Shown piece by piece: positions 1 through 12,134 of a stretch of DNA of 64,000 nt; positions within the stretch are counted from its first letter, which is position 1, and each line of letters begins with the position of its first letter. The notes under the pieces are model-generated. The model had not been told where the DNA came from and did not search any database. It saw nothing but the letters and a program-made list of their open reading frames with translations. Where the stretch lies: the NCBI RefSeq assembly GCF_963506605.1, contig NC_083278.1:75206001-75270000 (forward strand), read 5' to 3'. Source of the DNA: Zootoca vivipara (lineage: Eukaryota). A program made the position numbers and the translations under genes.

Positions 1-696
1 TGTTCAGCTATAGCTACTTTGGTAAAATGTTTTTCAGCAATCTCCTTATAAAGTTAATTGGGAAAACCTCTCTATTTCTTCCCTGATGGCAAGAGTTTAG
101 CCATCTTTCTCTTGTAATAAAAAGTGATGGAGCTGAATTTTAAGGCTTCGTGAGGGAATGGAAGGTTGTACTTGAGGTATTAAGTGACCACAAGCATTTT
201 GTATTAGTGTGTATGCCTGAATGCTCATAGGATGTCAATAAAATTAAAATACAGTATGGTTGAAAACTGAAGAGAATGAGTATTGGCGCAGGGCACATAG
301 CTTGTCACTGTTAATACCTTCTGCCCGATTAAGAGCCAGCTTACATAATCATTTTATCTGGAGCAGTTAACTTCTGCATGTCAGGTATTGCAAGCAATGC
401 CTTCTTGTCACGAAAATTAATTAATTATGCAGGCAATTTTGGGTACTCCAGTATTTCTTGGGTGGTGTTCAAAGGTTAGTATGTTAATTATTGTTTTCAC
501 TAAGAGTTGCATTATCCACCTATCTTATCTACTGTCTCTATCTAGTACACTTCTGTGAGCTCCTTAGAGGAGAAGTGAGAGGGGACTGTAATAAGCAAAT
601 ATGTATTGGTCTCTTAACATGTCTCTTAACATGAAAATAATCCATACTTTTAAAGCCCTGAACTGCTATTTTGTATTTTGCTGTTTTGTAATTCAG

Positions 697-776
697 GAAG
701 ATAGCTGAAGCAGTAAAGACATGCAAGCCTCGTATTCCTGCCTCCTCTTTTTCAGAAGGCTACATGCTGCTCGCAG
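697..776 (+). CDS. MTR: Methionine synthase coding exon (equivalent to human exon 12), 80 bp
   Basis: ttcag|G AAG ATA GCT...CTC GCA G|gtgaga; encodes [27 protein letters not shown]; phase joins the next exon. Confidence 0.93.
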
Positions 777-939
777 GTGAGAAAGATTGATGTATCCAGC
801 TGTCCTGATTTGCATTCTGTTAAAGTATGTTTTAGAATGCCTCTCTTTGCTGATTTACCTTGAGATATCTATATACTGCTGGGAATACATATGTAATTCA
901 TGCCGTTATAGGCTAGCTGTTAAATTGAGAGGTAAACTC

Positions 940-1350
940 AAGGCTGGATTGTTTCAATGCACTCTGTGTGGGGCTGCCCTTGGGCCTGCTCCAGAAGCTG
1001 CCGCTGGTGCAGGATGCAGCAGCCATACTGCTGATGGGGGCACATGGCTGACAACATGCAACACCATTGTCAGAACATCTGCACTGGCTGTCCGTTTACT
1101 ACCAAGCCAGGTTCAAGGTCCAGGCTAACATAGGAACCAATTGAGCCCTTGTTTGACCACAGAGATCACATGTAGGAGCATCATTTTCTGACCCCTGAGT
1201 TGGAGAGGCTCATTTGATATCGGCACAAAGCCCAAGCCCTAACTGTCATTGGCCCAGTCCTTTGGAGTGCTTTTTCAATAGCGATTCAACAGGCACCTTC
1301 TGTTTCAGTCTTCATACTATTTGTTGAAAACCTTTCTATGCTGCCAAGCT
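940..1350 (+). mobile_element. Degraded L2-type LINE 3' fragment
   Basis: Degenerate coding for LDYCNALYVGLP / LVQNAAA / LHWLPV motifs of the L2 ORF2 C-terminus. Confidence 0.65.
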
Positions 1351-1822
1351 TATGCAGACAATTATGAAAACATTGTCTGCAGTAGTTACGGTAGCAGATG
1401 ACCTGTGATTTTAACTTTTTATGTGGTCTTTATATAACTGTTGTATCCCGCTATCCCTGTTGTATCCCGCTATCAAAATGCTTTACAAGTATTTTTTTAT
1501 CAATAAATAGTAAACTTTGGTACACTAGTATACCTGCATTCTGCAGTTGCAAGGAGAATTAGTGCTTTTTTCCATCCATGTAGAGGACAGGCTTGTTCCA
1601 TTAGCTGCATAAATATAAAGAAGAGTACAGGCAACCATCATTCATGTGTCAGCCTGCCCTGTTCCGCCCTCTTCTAGTGCTCAACACAGCATGCGTGTGC
1701 ATGGTTGCACATGCATTGAACGCTCGGAAAATGGGAGTTGCCTGTATATTCTTGTAAATCTAAAGCATAGATCATTATGCATTACATATGAGCTACATCT
1801 GCTATACAGGGGCTTTATGTGA

Positions 1823-2065
<243 letters not shown>

Positions 2066-2684
2066 TAGATAAGTTATTGGCAGGGAACTTTTTATCATGC
2101 AGTTGGTGGAAGTGTACTTACTTGGTTCAGCATGAAAAAAGTGTCGAGGCACTTCTCTTGTAAAGGTGAAAGGCATAGCATGGAAGCATTTTTGTTAATA
2201 GGCATCACAGTACTCAAGCATTTGAATTTCTGGAAGTGTGAGCTTCAGCTGAGCTTGGACAGCTGAAAGAAAGAAGTGGAGTCATGGATTCCTGACTTCC
2301 ACACAGGTTCCACACTGTTGCTTCTGCCTGCAAGGTTTCTGAAGTGATATATTACTAGGGCAGGGTGGGAATAACTGGCAGGAAAGTAGCTCCCAGACAC
2401 CTATGTGCAAATGGGGCTCCGTTTCGGCCAAATAAACTATTTCAGTCCAATATGTTGTGTGGAGCCAAGCCCTTAACATAGAGAAGAGGAATCTACCTAA
2501 GACAAAAGAGGATGGGAAACACATTTATATTAATGTGTGGAGTTTTATTTTAAGGGAGTGGGGAGCTGTTTGATGTAATTCAGAATTGGAGAAAGAGGAA
2601 TATGAAAAGGACTCACTAATGCAAGGCCCAACTTTACTATACTTTACTATACTTAAAAAAAATTTTTTTGTGATCCCTTTTTAG

Positions 2685-2825
2685 GAGGCCCTGAGTGTAG
2701 CCAAGGCCCAGGTTGAGATGGGAGCTCAAATTTTGGATCTCAATATGGACGACGGGATGCTGGATGGGCCATGTGCTATGGCCAGATTCTGCAACTTCAT
2801 TGCTTCAGAACCTGACATTGCCAAG
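2685..2825 (+). CDS. MTR: MTR exon 14, 141 bp
   Basis: ttag|GAG GCC...GCC AAG|gttgta; [47 protein letters not shown]. Confidence 0.97.
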
Positions 2826-3311
2826 GTTGTATGCACAACTTCTGATGTCAGATTAAAACAGATGTTCTTGCAGATAGAGATGCAAATTGGGGGAAGGGCG
2901 TATATGGCATTAAGAATAATCTTTTAAGGCTACAGACAGTATTTAGAGACTGCATTTCTACCGGTTTGCCACTTTCCTGAAAGTTCACCCTATGGCACTG
3001 CTGTAACGCTAGAGGTCCCACCAAGATGTACAAGGGTTCTCAACCACCCAGTCGTTACCCCTAATCCTAGCCAGGTGATTATGGTGTGGTCAGAGCCTTT
3101 GCAATGGGCTCTGCTCATGTGGTGATGTAGAGTACTTAAATGTTGCAGTAATGCTCCTGTGTTGCTGCTGAAATGTCTAAATGTTCAAAGAAAAAATATA
3201 TATCAGGGAAACATTTTGAAGTGCTGGGTTATTATTGGTGGTGAGGGCTTTTGATTTTCTTCTTTTGAAGGCCTGCAAGTTTGAAATGCAGATGGCTCAC
3301 TGTGTAGAGTA

Positions 3312-3551
3312 CAGTCATACCTAGGAAGTGGAACAGAATCCATTCCGGAAATCCGTTCGACCTCCAAAACGTTCAGAAACCAAAATGCAGCTGCTGATGG
3401 ACTGCAGGAAGCTCCTGCAGCCAATCGGAAGCCCCGCCGGACGTTAGGTTCCAAAGAACGTTCACAAACTGGAATATTCACTTCCGAGTTTGCGGCGTTC
3501 GGGAGCCAAAATGTTCGACTTGCAAGGCATTCGGGATCCAAGGTACAACTG
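3312..3551. mobile_element. Tc1/mariner (Tigger-like) MITE
   Basis: TA|cagtcatacct ... aggtacaactg|TA imperfect TIRs with TA duplication; internally self-complementary. Confidence 0.75.
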
Positions 3552-3866
3552 TACTACATAAATGAAAAGCAAAGCGTTATGTGCAAACCTGAAATTGTAG
3601 CTGGTCTGATCTATGGTTTAGGGGAAACAAACTGGGATGATAAACCACACTGTTGGAAGTTGCATGCAATGTCCGTAAGTTCCTTGGTGTTTCTTTTAAC
3701 CATGGATCATCAACATTATTTTTTATATACATAACTACACAACAGGTTGGAAAACATCAACACTGTTGTGACATATTTCTGTTGATGTTTTAGTTTTTGA
3801 CAAAGAAAAAAGTAGCTAACTTGTAAATTTGCACTCTTCTTCCCCCCCCCACTTCCCCGGTATCAG

Positions 3867-4052
3867 GTGCCGCTCTGTATCGATTCTTCAAATTTTGCAG
3901 TGATAGAGGCTGGGTTGAAGTGCTGCCAAGGAAAATGCATAGTGAACAGCATCAGTCTGAAGGAAGGCGAAGAAGACTTCCTGGCAAAAGCGAGAAAGAT
4001 AAAGAAATATGGAGCAGCTGTGGTAGTTATGGCTTTTGATGAAGTGGGTCAG
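3867..4052 (+). CDS. MTR: MTR exon 15, 186 bp
   Basis: tcag|GTG CCG...GGT CAG|gtcagt; [35 protein letters not shown]...[10 protein letters not shown]. Confidence 0.97.
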
Positions 4053-4539
4053 GTCAGTACCACTTTAACATACCTTACTGGCTTTGATAAAAGTCCCGTA
4101 ATATTTTTGTTATATCCACAATCCAGAGTAGTAAAGGACTTGGGAGGGGGCAGCATGTACATTACACATTTGCTGCACACTTAAAGAGCATGGCTTCCCC
4201 CCCCAAAAAAAAATATTTGAACTGTCATTTACTCCCCACAGAGCTACAATTCTCAGCACCCTTAACAAACTGCAGTTCCCAGGAAAGTGGGGGAAGTAAT
4301 GAGCTTTAAATATATGGTATGTATGCCATCTGGGAACCAAACCAGCAGGAAATGAGGAACTAACAGAATATGATACACCCCTGAGTAACAGAATTGATAT
4401 AGGGATATTGAAATTATCATCCACTCAGATAATAAACTCATTGGTGCCTTGGTGTAACACATGGAAAATTAGAGATTCTCTGGTCAAACCTTGCAGACAG
4501 GAAACTTACCTTTCCTTCTCACTCCCCCACCCCTTTCAG

Positions 4540-4719
4540 GCCACTGAATCTGACGAAAAAATTTCGATCTGCACCAGAGCCTACCACCTCCTAGTGAACA
4601 AAGTGGGCTTTAATCCGAACGATATCATTTTTGATCCCAACATTCTTACCATAGGTACTGGAATGGAGGAACACAATCTGTATGCAATTAACTTTATCAA
4701 TGCGGCTAAAACCATAAAA
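4540..4719 (+). CDS. MTR: MTR exon 16, 180 bp
   Basis: tttcag|GCC ACT...ATA AAA|gtgagt; contains [19 protein letters not shown]. Confidence 0.97.
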
Positions 4720-5184
4720 GTGAGTCTGGGGAGTTCTTTGATGGGGGGTGGGATGCGGTTTGATTATTATTATTCTTTAAAGTATTGTGGTGGAGGGCGA
4801 AGGGGAGCACACCAGAATATAAGCAATGGCCTGTGTGGAATGATGCAGCTCTGTTCATACTGTACTAGCTCCTCAGCCTTGTTTCGGTTAGCAAAGATAT
4901 TATAAATTATATATCAGTCTAAAAATATCCTAGACAATTATCTGTAGTGTAAATATACTTATAGTAATTAAATGGGGCAATTTTAGCAAAACGTTGGCAG
5001 ATTAGCCAAAAGGTCTTTGACAAGCTATGTGAAAGCTGCCTCATTTAATTAGCACAAGCTCCATTATTGCAGCGAATTCTATCTCTAGTTTAATTGTACT
5101 CTGAACAGGATCTCCTTCAAATACTTTATTATAAATGTGTGTGTGCATATGTTACCTGTAAATAAAGGGTAAAAATATAGCTTT

Positions 5185-5460
5185 ATTTAGCACCTCAGCC
5201 CTTGCTTTTTCCTGCAAGACCAATTGCAGTCGTTAACAGTCATAAACAGGTTTACCACTCCTATCAGCCAATCACCCATTCCCACCACCCTTCTGAGTAA
5301 TACCCCTCCCCACCCTCTGACTATACATAAGGGTTTGGTGACTTCTGTTTCAGTGTATCTGAAGAAGTGTGCATGCACACGAAAGCTCATACCTATGACA
5401 AACTTAGTTGGTCTCTAAGGTGCTACTGGAAGGATTTTTTATATATATTTTATTTTGTTT
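5185..5460 (+). mobile_element. Penelope-like element terminal (pseudo-LTR) fragment
   Basis: ctgaagaagtgtgcatgcacacgaaagctcatacc...ttagttggtctctaaggtgctactgga, typical of reptile PLE ends; a second partial copy lies inverted at 39356-39462. Confidence 0.75.
5355..5392 (+). ncRNA. Minimal type I hammerhead ribozyme motif (PLE-associated)
   Basis: Stem I GUAU/AUAC; core CUGAAGA (5359-5365) plus one extra A; palindromic stem II GUGUGCAUGCACAC; GAAA (5381-5384); palindromic AGCU stem III; UC cleavage site after 5388. Confidence 0.65.
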
Positions 5461-5788
5461 TAAGGGAAATAAATGAGCAAGTTATCTACGGTAATTGTAG
5501 ACTGACCAGCTCCTGTTTTGAAGGATTTTCACACCTTATCCATGAGGAATAGCAAATAGAATGTTAAAATAATCCAAGTGGGGCAATGCACAGCCTTGAA
5601 TGTGGGATAGGCTATGTTTTGAGAGAAATCTTGCCTGGAGTGATAGCTGTTTTTCACTTGCTGTTTCTATGGTGCCCAGAAACTGCTATGTGCTTGGGTA
5701 GTTCACTGTCCTTTAGACCACAAAGATGTCTTCATGAATTCACTGGTGGCCCTTGGGCCTCTGATATGAAAATAGGTTTTTATCATGA

Positions 5789-5938
<150 letters not shown>

Positions 5939-6022
5939 TGAGCATTTGACAAAACAGCTTCTGATCAGAATGCATATCTTCTGGTATTCATTATCTTCCC
6001 TCTCCTATTCCTGTATCGTCAG

Positions 6023-6163
6023 TATGGATTGGACATGGGGATTGTGAATGCGGGAAACTTGCCTGTGTATGATGATATCCATAAGGAGCTGTTGCAGTTG
6101 TGTGAAGATTTGATTTGGAATAAGGATCCAGAGGCCACAGAGAAGCTTCTGCGTTATGCCCAG
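6023..6163 (+). CDS. MTR: MTR exon 18, 141 bp
   Basis: gtcag|TAT GGA...GCC CAG|gtaatt; [19 protein letters not shown]...EKLLRYAQ; the preceding intron is only 90 bp. Confidence 0.97.
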
Positions 6164-7339
6164 GTAATTTTTATATTTTGCCTGCTTTCTTTTTTTAAAT
6201 GCAAGCCGTGGCATTCAAACATTGAACCTTGGGGATTAAAAATAAATACATGCTTTATGTATTTGTCTTCCTTGGTGAGTGGTGCAATTTTTCTGCCAAG
6301 ATGCAAAATCACATTGGGAGGTGGGGGTGGGGTGAATATTCTGAGGGCACGTGATAATGTTATATGCCAAAGATAAGCAGGTCTGAGCCTGGAGGGAAAG
6401 TTGTCTGGCAGCCCTGTGGACATTTTTCCAAAGAAAGAGCGAGATATAAGCATAGTAAGAAATACCTAGAGAAAACCATATTTGATAATTATGCAGTCTC
6501 TGTGTTCTGCGTGCACTGTTGTTATATTAAAGCATACTGTTTCAAGTGTATACATGCTTGTTTATAGAACATTTAGTGTTATTAAGAACCAAGGTACACC
6601 TTCTGAAGAATCTCAGTGTCTAGCCTATAGTGACAATGCCATTTCTGAATGCTGTGTGTGTGCAAATATGATTTGAGTATTACCCTTAGTAATACTATGC
6701 CCTTTTCTTCTAACTTTCTAAACTAGTGCCTGTTTCCTTGATAGTATAGCTACCCACAGGCAGGGAGGTTTTGAGCATTCAGTCATGCAGTTTCCCCACA
6801 TCATTCTCGAGTGATAAAGACTCAGGAAGACTATACCATAGGATTCTTCTGAACGTGTGTTTCAATGTAAATATTTTGTAGCTTGTTAAATGAGCATTTC
6901 CCCCTAAGGCAAGAATAATTATGCTTAGAAGCTCTCAAAGGAGGGAATAAAATTACTGCTCCTTTGGTAAACCCCAGCCTATTTAATGAGAAAACAGCTC
7001 AGACTTCTTCCAAGCTGCTTTTTCTCCTGTTAGAGCTGTGCTTGGAGTTTTGGACACTGTAAAGACCCCAATTTCTGCCTGCTATAAGGGGAACAGTTTC
7101 AGTCCCCCTCAGTCCAGCCTAAGAGGGCTGATACAGATTTCTAATATATATGTTAATGGGCTCTGGACTGGCAATGACCATAGCTGCCAAGTTATCCCTT
7201 TTTTACAGGGATTTTCCCTTATGCTGAATAGGCTTCCTCGCGAAAAAAGCGAAAACTTGGCAGCTATGGCAATGACTGCCCCAGGAATGGGACCTGGGGG
7301 TTGCGGTGAATAGCTCCATGGAGATGTTGACCCAGTGTG

Positions 7340-7570
7340 TGGCAGCTGTGAAAACGGCAGCTTCCATGCTAGGGATAAATAGGAAACTTATTGAAAATAA
7401 AACAGCTGGTATCATAATGCCATTATACAAATCTTATGTTGGGACCTCACTTGGCATACTGTGTACGTTCTGATCGCCTCACCTCAAAATGGATATTTCA
7501 GAACTTGAAAGGCTCACAACAGGTAACCAGGATGATTGAGGGGGTTGGAGCAACTCCCACACGAGGAATG
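7340..7570 (+). mobile_element. Degraded CR1 LINE ORF2 fragment
   Basis: Degenerate LYKS.[20 protein letters not shown]-like coding (ttatacaaatc...cctcacttggcatactgtgta...cctcacctcaaa). Confidence 0.7.
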
Positions 7571-9522
7571 TCATCGTGGGCCCATCTGGCCACAACAGGT
7601 TGTACCCCTCTCTTGTACCCTGCCTCCCCCCACCCTGTTTGAAGTACTTGCTGCCACCAGACAGCCTCCCAAAGTTCCCTGGGTTCTCTCTGAAGGTGAG
7701 GTTGAAGGGGATTTAGAATGAGGTGCTTTCTTAAGCTGATGAAGTACAGATTTTGATTCATTAGTGATCCATTACGTGACAGAATATATACTATAGCCAA
7801 CAGGAACTGTACCAATGCCAAATTAATTTGCTAGGTTATTGAAATAAAACTGTTAGGTTGGCCAGGGATAAAGTTAATTTAAAATAAATTCCCAGAAATA
7901 AAAATCCAAAACTTCAGTGCTTGAGGCATCTCTTTTTCTATTGATGAGCCACTTATGGTCCGATGCCTTGCCTCTTCAGAAGGAAATACCTTTAAATGGT
8001 TAGCGTAAAGCAATCTTTAGCCTTGTCTGTTTATATGGGTTCAGAAACATCTACATCAAAATATCCTGAGCACAAGTTAGTGATTGGAAGACAGAGATCC
8101 AGGTTTCCCAATGTCTGGCTGGGGTGTGTGTGTGTGAGAGAGAGAGAGAGAGGGCGGAGGGAATCATCTCTTCAGGTGTCAGGTATAGGAGAGCCACATA
8201 AGGCAACTGAATAAATCATCTGCTGATCCCAACCCTCCACACACATTCAGTGCAAGGTCTGAAAGGGTCTGTATGCTAGGAGTGGGAAGCCTTTTACCTC
8301 CTCAAGGGTCACGTTTCTTTCAGAGGAAATAATCAGAAACAACATGCTCAAAGTGGGTGGTGCTCAAACACAAAGTGGGCACAGCCAGAACATGCAACCC
8401 TTTCTCACATACACAAATATCACATTCCCTCTCCCTCTCTCTCACTCACACACATCACATTCTCAGAAATGCACACCTCGTTCTCTCTCTCACACACAAA
8501 CACTCGCTCATTTAAGTGAATTGACCATGGAAGAGGGTTCCTACATAGCCAGATTTGCATCATTTTCTCTTTGTGTGTTGGGAAAGGGGAGTCTTTTTTC
8601 AGCACACACACAGAAAAGGCTTTATTCAGGATCAAAATAGGCATGGCATGACAGCAGAGGCCTAGCAAGCCGGATGGAGAGGGCTGGTAGGCCAGACCTG
8701 GCCCATAGGCTGGAGGTTCCTCCTTGCTGCTGTACGCACCTTGGCTCTGAGCACGTGATCAGGAATGCTCCTATTCCGAGCCTTCTCAGTCATGCAGATG
8801 GAGACTTGCATATATAGTTTGTATGCACTTCAGCCCTTATCCTGAATGCATGCAGGGGCAGAGCCAATGAACGGAATAGAGTGAACTATTATGAGTCTAG
8901 GGGATGTGGAGTGTGTATGAACTAAACAGTGCTTAGCTTGTATTTTTAGTTGCTATTTAGCTAATGTTAATATTGTTTTATGGATTGTAAATGCTGCATT
9001 GTTTAGTTAATAATATAATATGACTTTTGCTGTAATTGTGATGTTTAGCTTATTGTTTTAGTTGCTGCTTTGTTAATAGTGTTTTATAGATTGTAATTGT
9101 TTTACTGATGATCTGTTAATTATTTTATATGTTTTCAGCTGTACTTATGATGTTCTATTAGGCTCTAGAATGTTGTTGTTATTTTTTGTTTGTAAGCCGC
9201 TTTGATATTCATTTGAATGAAAATACAACCAATCATTTTATTTGTATGCCGCCTTTCCATAGCTCAAGCCATGCTCAAGGTGGCTTACAGCACGGGAAAA
9301 ATTAGGTTCAGTAACTACAAACAGTAACAAAAGTAGTCAGCCCAAGAATCTTGTCCAGCAGCCTCAGCTTTTGTAGTTGGAGTCAGTCAGGACCCCACCC
9401 TCCTGGGCTAGGTGGAAAAAGATCTGCAAGGCAGGGAGCAGGTCTACTAGGACTCACAGCTAAGATGACATGCTAATGATTAGGGATGATGTGAGTTGTA
9501 ATTTAACAATGTATGAAAGACT

Positions 9523-10484
9523 CAGGGTGGATTTGATTTAAATCAATCTGATTTAAATCACGATTTAAATCACTAGTCAGTAAGGCTTGATTTAAATCAT
9601 AGTTTTCTACATAAAGACTAATTCTTGCTGGTATAACTTTAATATGCAAGTAGATGAAGATTTTTAGAATAACAACTTTTCATATTAGTTTTTTTATCCC
9701 CAGTTTAATGGGTTATTCATATTTGGACAACTTTACTGTTGTACTTAGGAAGGAGAAAAATAATCATTACCTTAATAATAACAATTTAAATAGATTTATT
9801 CAACTGAAACAATAACATTACAGCATATGTTATTTGCTTAAACAAACATCCATGTTTGTTAACTAATTTGGCTAAACAAAAACAATATATATATATATTT
9901 TAAGAAACTTAGACTCTCAGCCCAGCTTACACATGAAAAACGTAAATACTGTCCACTCCAAACAATCAGAAAAATATTGTTTCTATTCTATTCACTGAAC
10001 TTCTTGAAACTTAGCACTGAAGGGCTTGTTTCGGTATTCATAGGTTCGTAGAACAATAGGATTAAGGTCTTTTTCTCAACTCTGTTCATGTTATAACATT
10101 TTTGCTGTGAAGAAGAGGCATGTGATCTCTGTTGAGTCAAATTCAGTTTTGAGAACTGCAAAAGTAAACCAAGCATCTGTGATAATATCTTGTAGGCAGA
10201 GAAACTGCCCAATAATCTTACAAAAACCTCTGGAAGAGCATGACATTGTGAATGGATTAATGGAATTTATTTACCCAAAAAATTAAACATATACAACCTT
10301 ATTCTACATAATTAAAAAACTAATCTTTATTTCATGATGGAATAACCTTTGGATGGTAATATATTTTCCTCAAAAAGCATTTTATTTTAAAAAATCCAAT
10401 TTAAATCAAAAAAATCGATTTAAATCAAAAAAATCCGATTTTTTTGATTTTTTTTTAAAAAATCATTGATTTTTATCCACCCTG
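9523..10484. mobile_element. Non-autonomous hAT DNA transposon, 962 bp
   Basis: TIRs cagggtggat/atccaccctg; perfect 8-bp TSD GAAAGACT (9515-9522, 10485-10492); subterminal GATTTAAATC repeats at both ends. Confidence 0.9.
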
Positions 10485-10719
10485 GAAAGACTGCACATTC
10501 ACCACCTACTTAAGTCCTCAATCAGCCTCCCATCTACAGTGGGTATCTGGAATGCTGAAAAAAAAGACTTTTAGTCTATATCTTTTCCTTGGGCCAGAAG
10601 TCTCCACTTGAGAGGGGACTCAAGCTGTATAATTCCAAATGGCAAATGCTTTCAAGTTTTTCTTTTTCTTTAATCTAATTTTCCAACTTTATTTTTAATT
10701 ACCTTAAATATCAATCCAG

Positions 10720-10809
10720 ACTCATGCTCAAGGAGGAAAGAAAGTGATACAGACAGATGAATGGAGAAATGGCTCTGTGGAAGAAAGACTGGAGTATGCC
10801 CTTGTCAAG
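10720..10809 (+). CDS. MTR: MTR exon 19, 90 bp
   Basis: tccag|ACT CAT...GTC AAG|gtgatt; [30 protein letters not shown] (start of cap domain). Confidence 0.96.
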
Positions 10810-11129
10810 GTGATTTTTTATGTGTTTTCCATATCAAAGCCAATGCCTGTTCTCTTCAAGCAGACTCTACTTAAATTATAATTTTGTATACTTCCTTATT
10901 ACCAAGCACTTTGAACCTCTAAAGAGTAGAATTCCTTGATTGAAGAATGATTTGAGGAGAAGGTTGTTGGAAGGTGTCAGTGTAATATTCTTAGCCTGTC
11001 CAACTTAAATCCTCCCAGGATTTATTTGTGATGGAAGGAGGAATACAGATAGAATTCAGGTAGAAACGTGTTCGGCAGGACTTACCTTAATGAATGGAAA
11101 TGAGTGAGTATTAGCCACTTCTTACAGAC

Positions 11130-11250
11130 ATAGGGTTGTACCAAGTTATACTATGATAGATCCACTGAAATTAATGGACCTGAGTTAGTCATGTCCGTTA
11201 ATTTCAGTGGATCCATTCTGTGCAGAACTAATGTTAGATGCAACCCATGT
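11130..11250. repeat. Palindromic MITE-like element
   Basis: 21-bp stem 11159-11179 / 11193-11213 with one G-T pair; outer gggttgta/tgcaaccc inverted ends. Confidence 0.65.
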
Positions 11251-11581
11251 ATTTCACAACATTACAAAATTGCACAAGCCAGCTTTCCAAGACACACAAA
11301 CTTCTAATTCACAAGTAAAGAAATCTGGAAAATCTGTTCACCTGAGATAACCTTGCAACAACTCCTTGCAATCACGGTGATTGCAAATGTATTGATTACT
11401 GACATCTACCATGGGTGGTTTTGCAAATTATGTTATTTTAAGGCTGTATCACCTGCAACTCAACTCTTGCTATATAACATATAAAATGAAAAGCTGATAT
11501 TAAAACATAAATCTGTATATGAGAAAAATCACCACAGGTGTAACAGATCTGTCTTTTTTAAAGAAGTCATTTAACAACAAA

Positions 11582-11663
11582 AATCTAATTTTCCAACTTT
11601 ATTTTTAATTATCTTAAATGTCAATCCAGACTTATGCTCAAGGAGGTAAGAAAGTGGTACAGA
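11582..11663 (+). pseudogene. Partial duplicate of the MTR exon 19 acceptor and 5' part (pseudo-exon)
   Basis: 82-bp copy of 10672-10753 at +910 bp with 5 mismatches. Confidence 0.9.
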
Positions 11664-11807
11664 TTTTAAACTGAGGTTGAAAGCAACCGACTAAGCTCAT
11701 TTTGGCTTAACTGGTTTCCCCCCCAAATGGCCTTACTGAGCGTACCTCAGGCTACAAGTGTGAAGAGGGATGTGGCATCAACAGAACAACTGAACAACTG
11801 TCAATCT

Positions 11808-12045
11808 AAGAGAGCCAGTGTGGTGTAGTGGTTAAGAGCGGTAGACTCGTAATCTGGTGAACTGGGTTTGCGTCTCCGCTCCTCCACATGCAGCTGCTGG
11901 GTGACCTTGGGTTATTCACACTTCTCTGAAGTCTCTCAGCCTCACTCACCTCACAGAGTGTTTGTTGTGGAGGAGGAAGGGAAAGGAGAATGTTAGCCGC
12001 TTCGAGATTCGGGTAATGATAAAGCAGAATATCAAATTCAAACTC
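11808..12045 (+). mobile_element. tRNA-derived SINE (Squam3-like)
   Basis: Pol III A box TGGTGTAGTGG, B-box-like GGTTTGCGTCT, CORE-like gctgggtgaccttggg, ends in a (CTT)n tail. Confidence 0.8.
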
Positions 12046-12134
12046 CTTCTTCTTCTTCTTCTTCTTCTTCCTCCTCCTCCTCCTCCTCCTCCTCCTCCTC
12101 CTCCTCCTCCTCCTCCTCCTCCTCCTCCTCCTCC
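12046..12134 (+). repeat. Compound microsatellite (CTT)n(CCT)n (SINE tail)
   Basis: Read directly. Confidence 0.95.

Noticed and set aside
2682-2687. TAG GAG tandem (NAGNAG) acceptor at exon 14
   Set aside because: GAG is a very poor acceptor, and the proximal TAG gives the expected 141-bp exon.
9988-10212. 74-aa ORF inside the hAT element as a possible transposase remnant
   Set aside because: No recognisable BED finger, DDE or hAT dimerisation motif.
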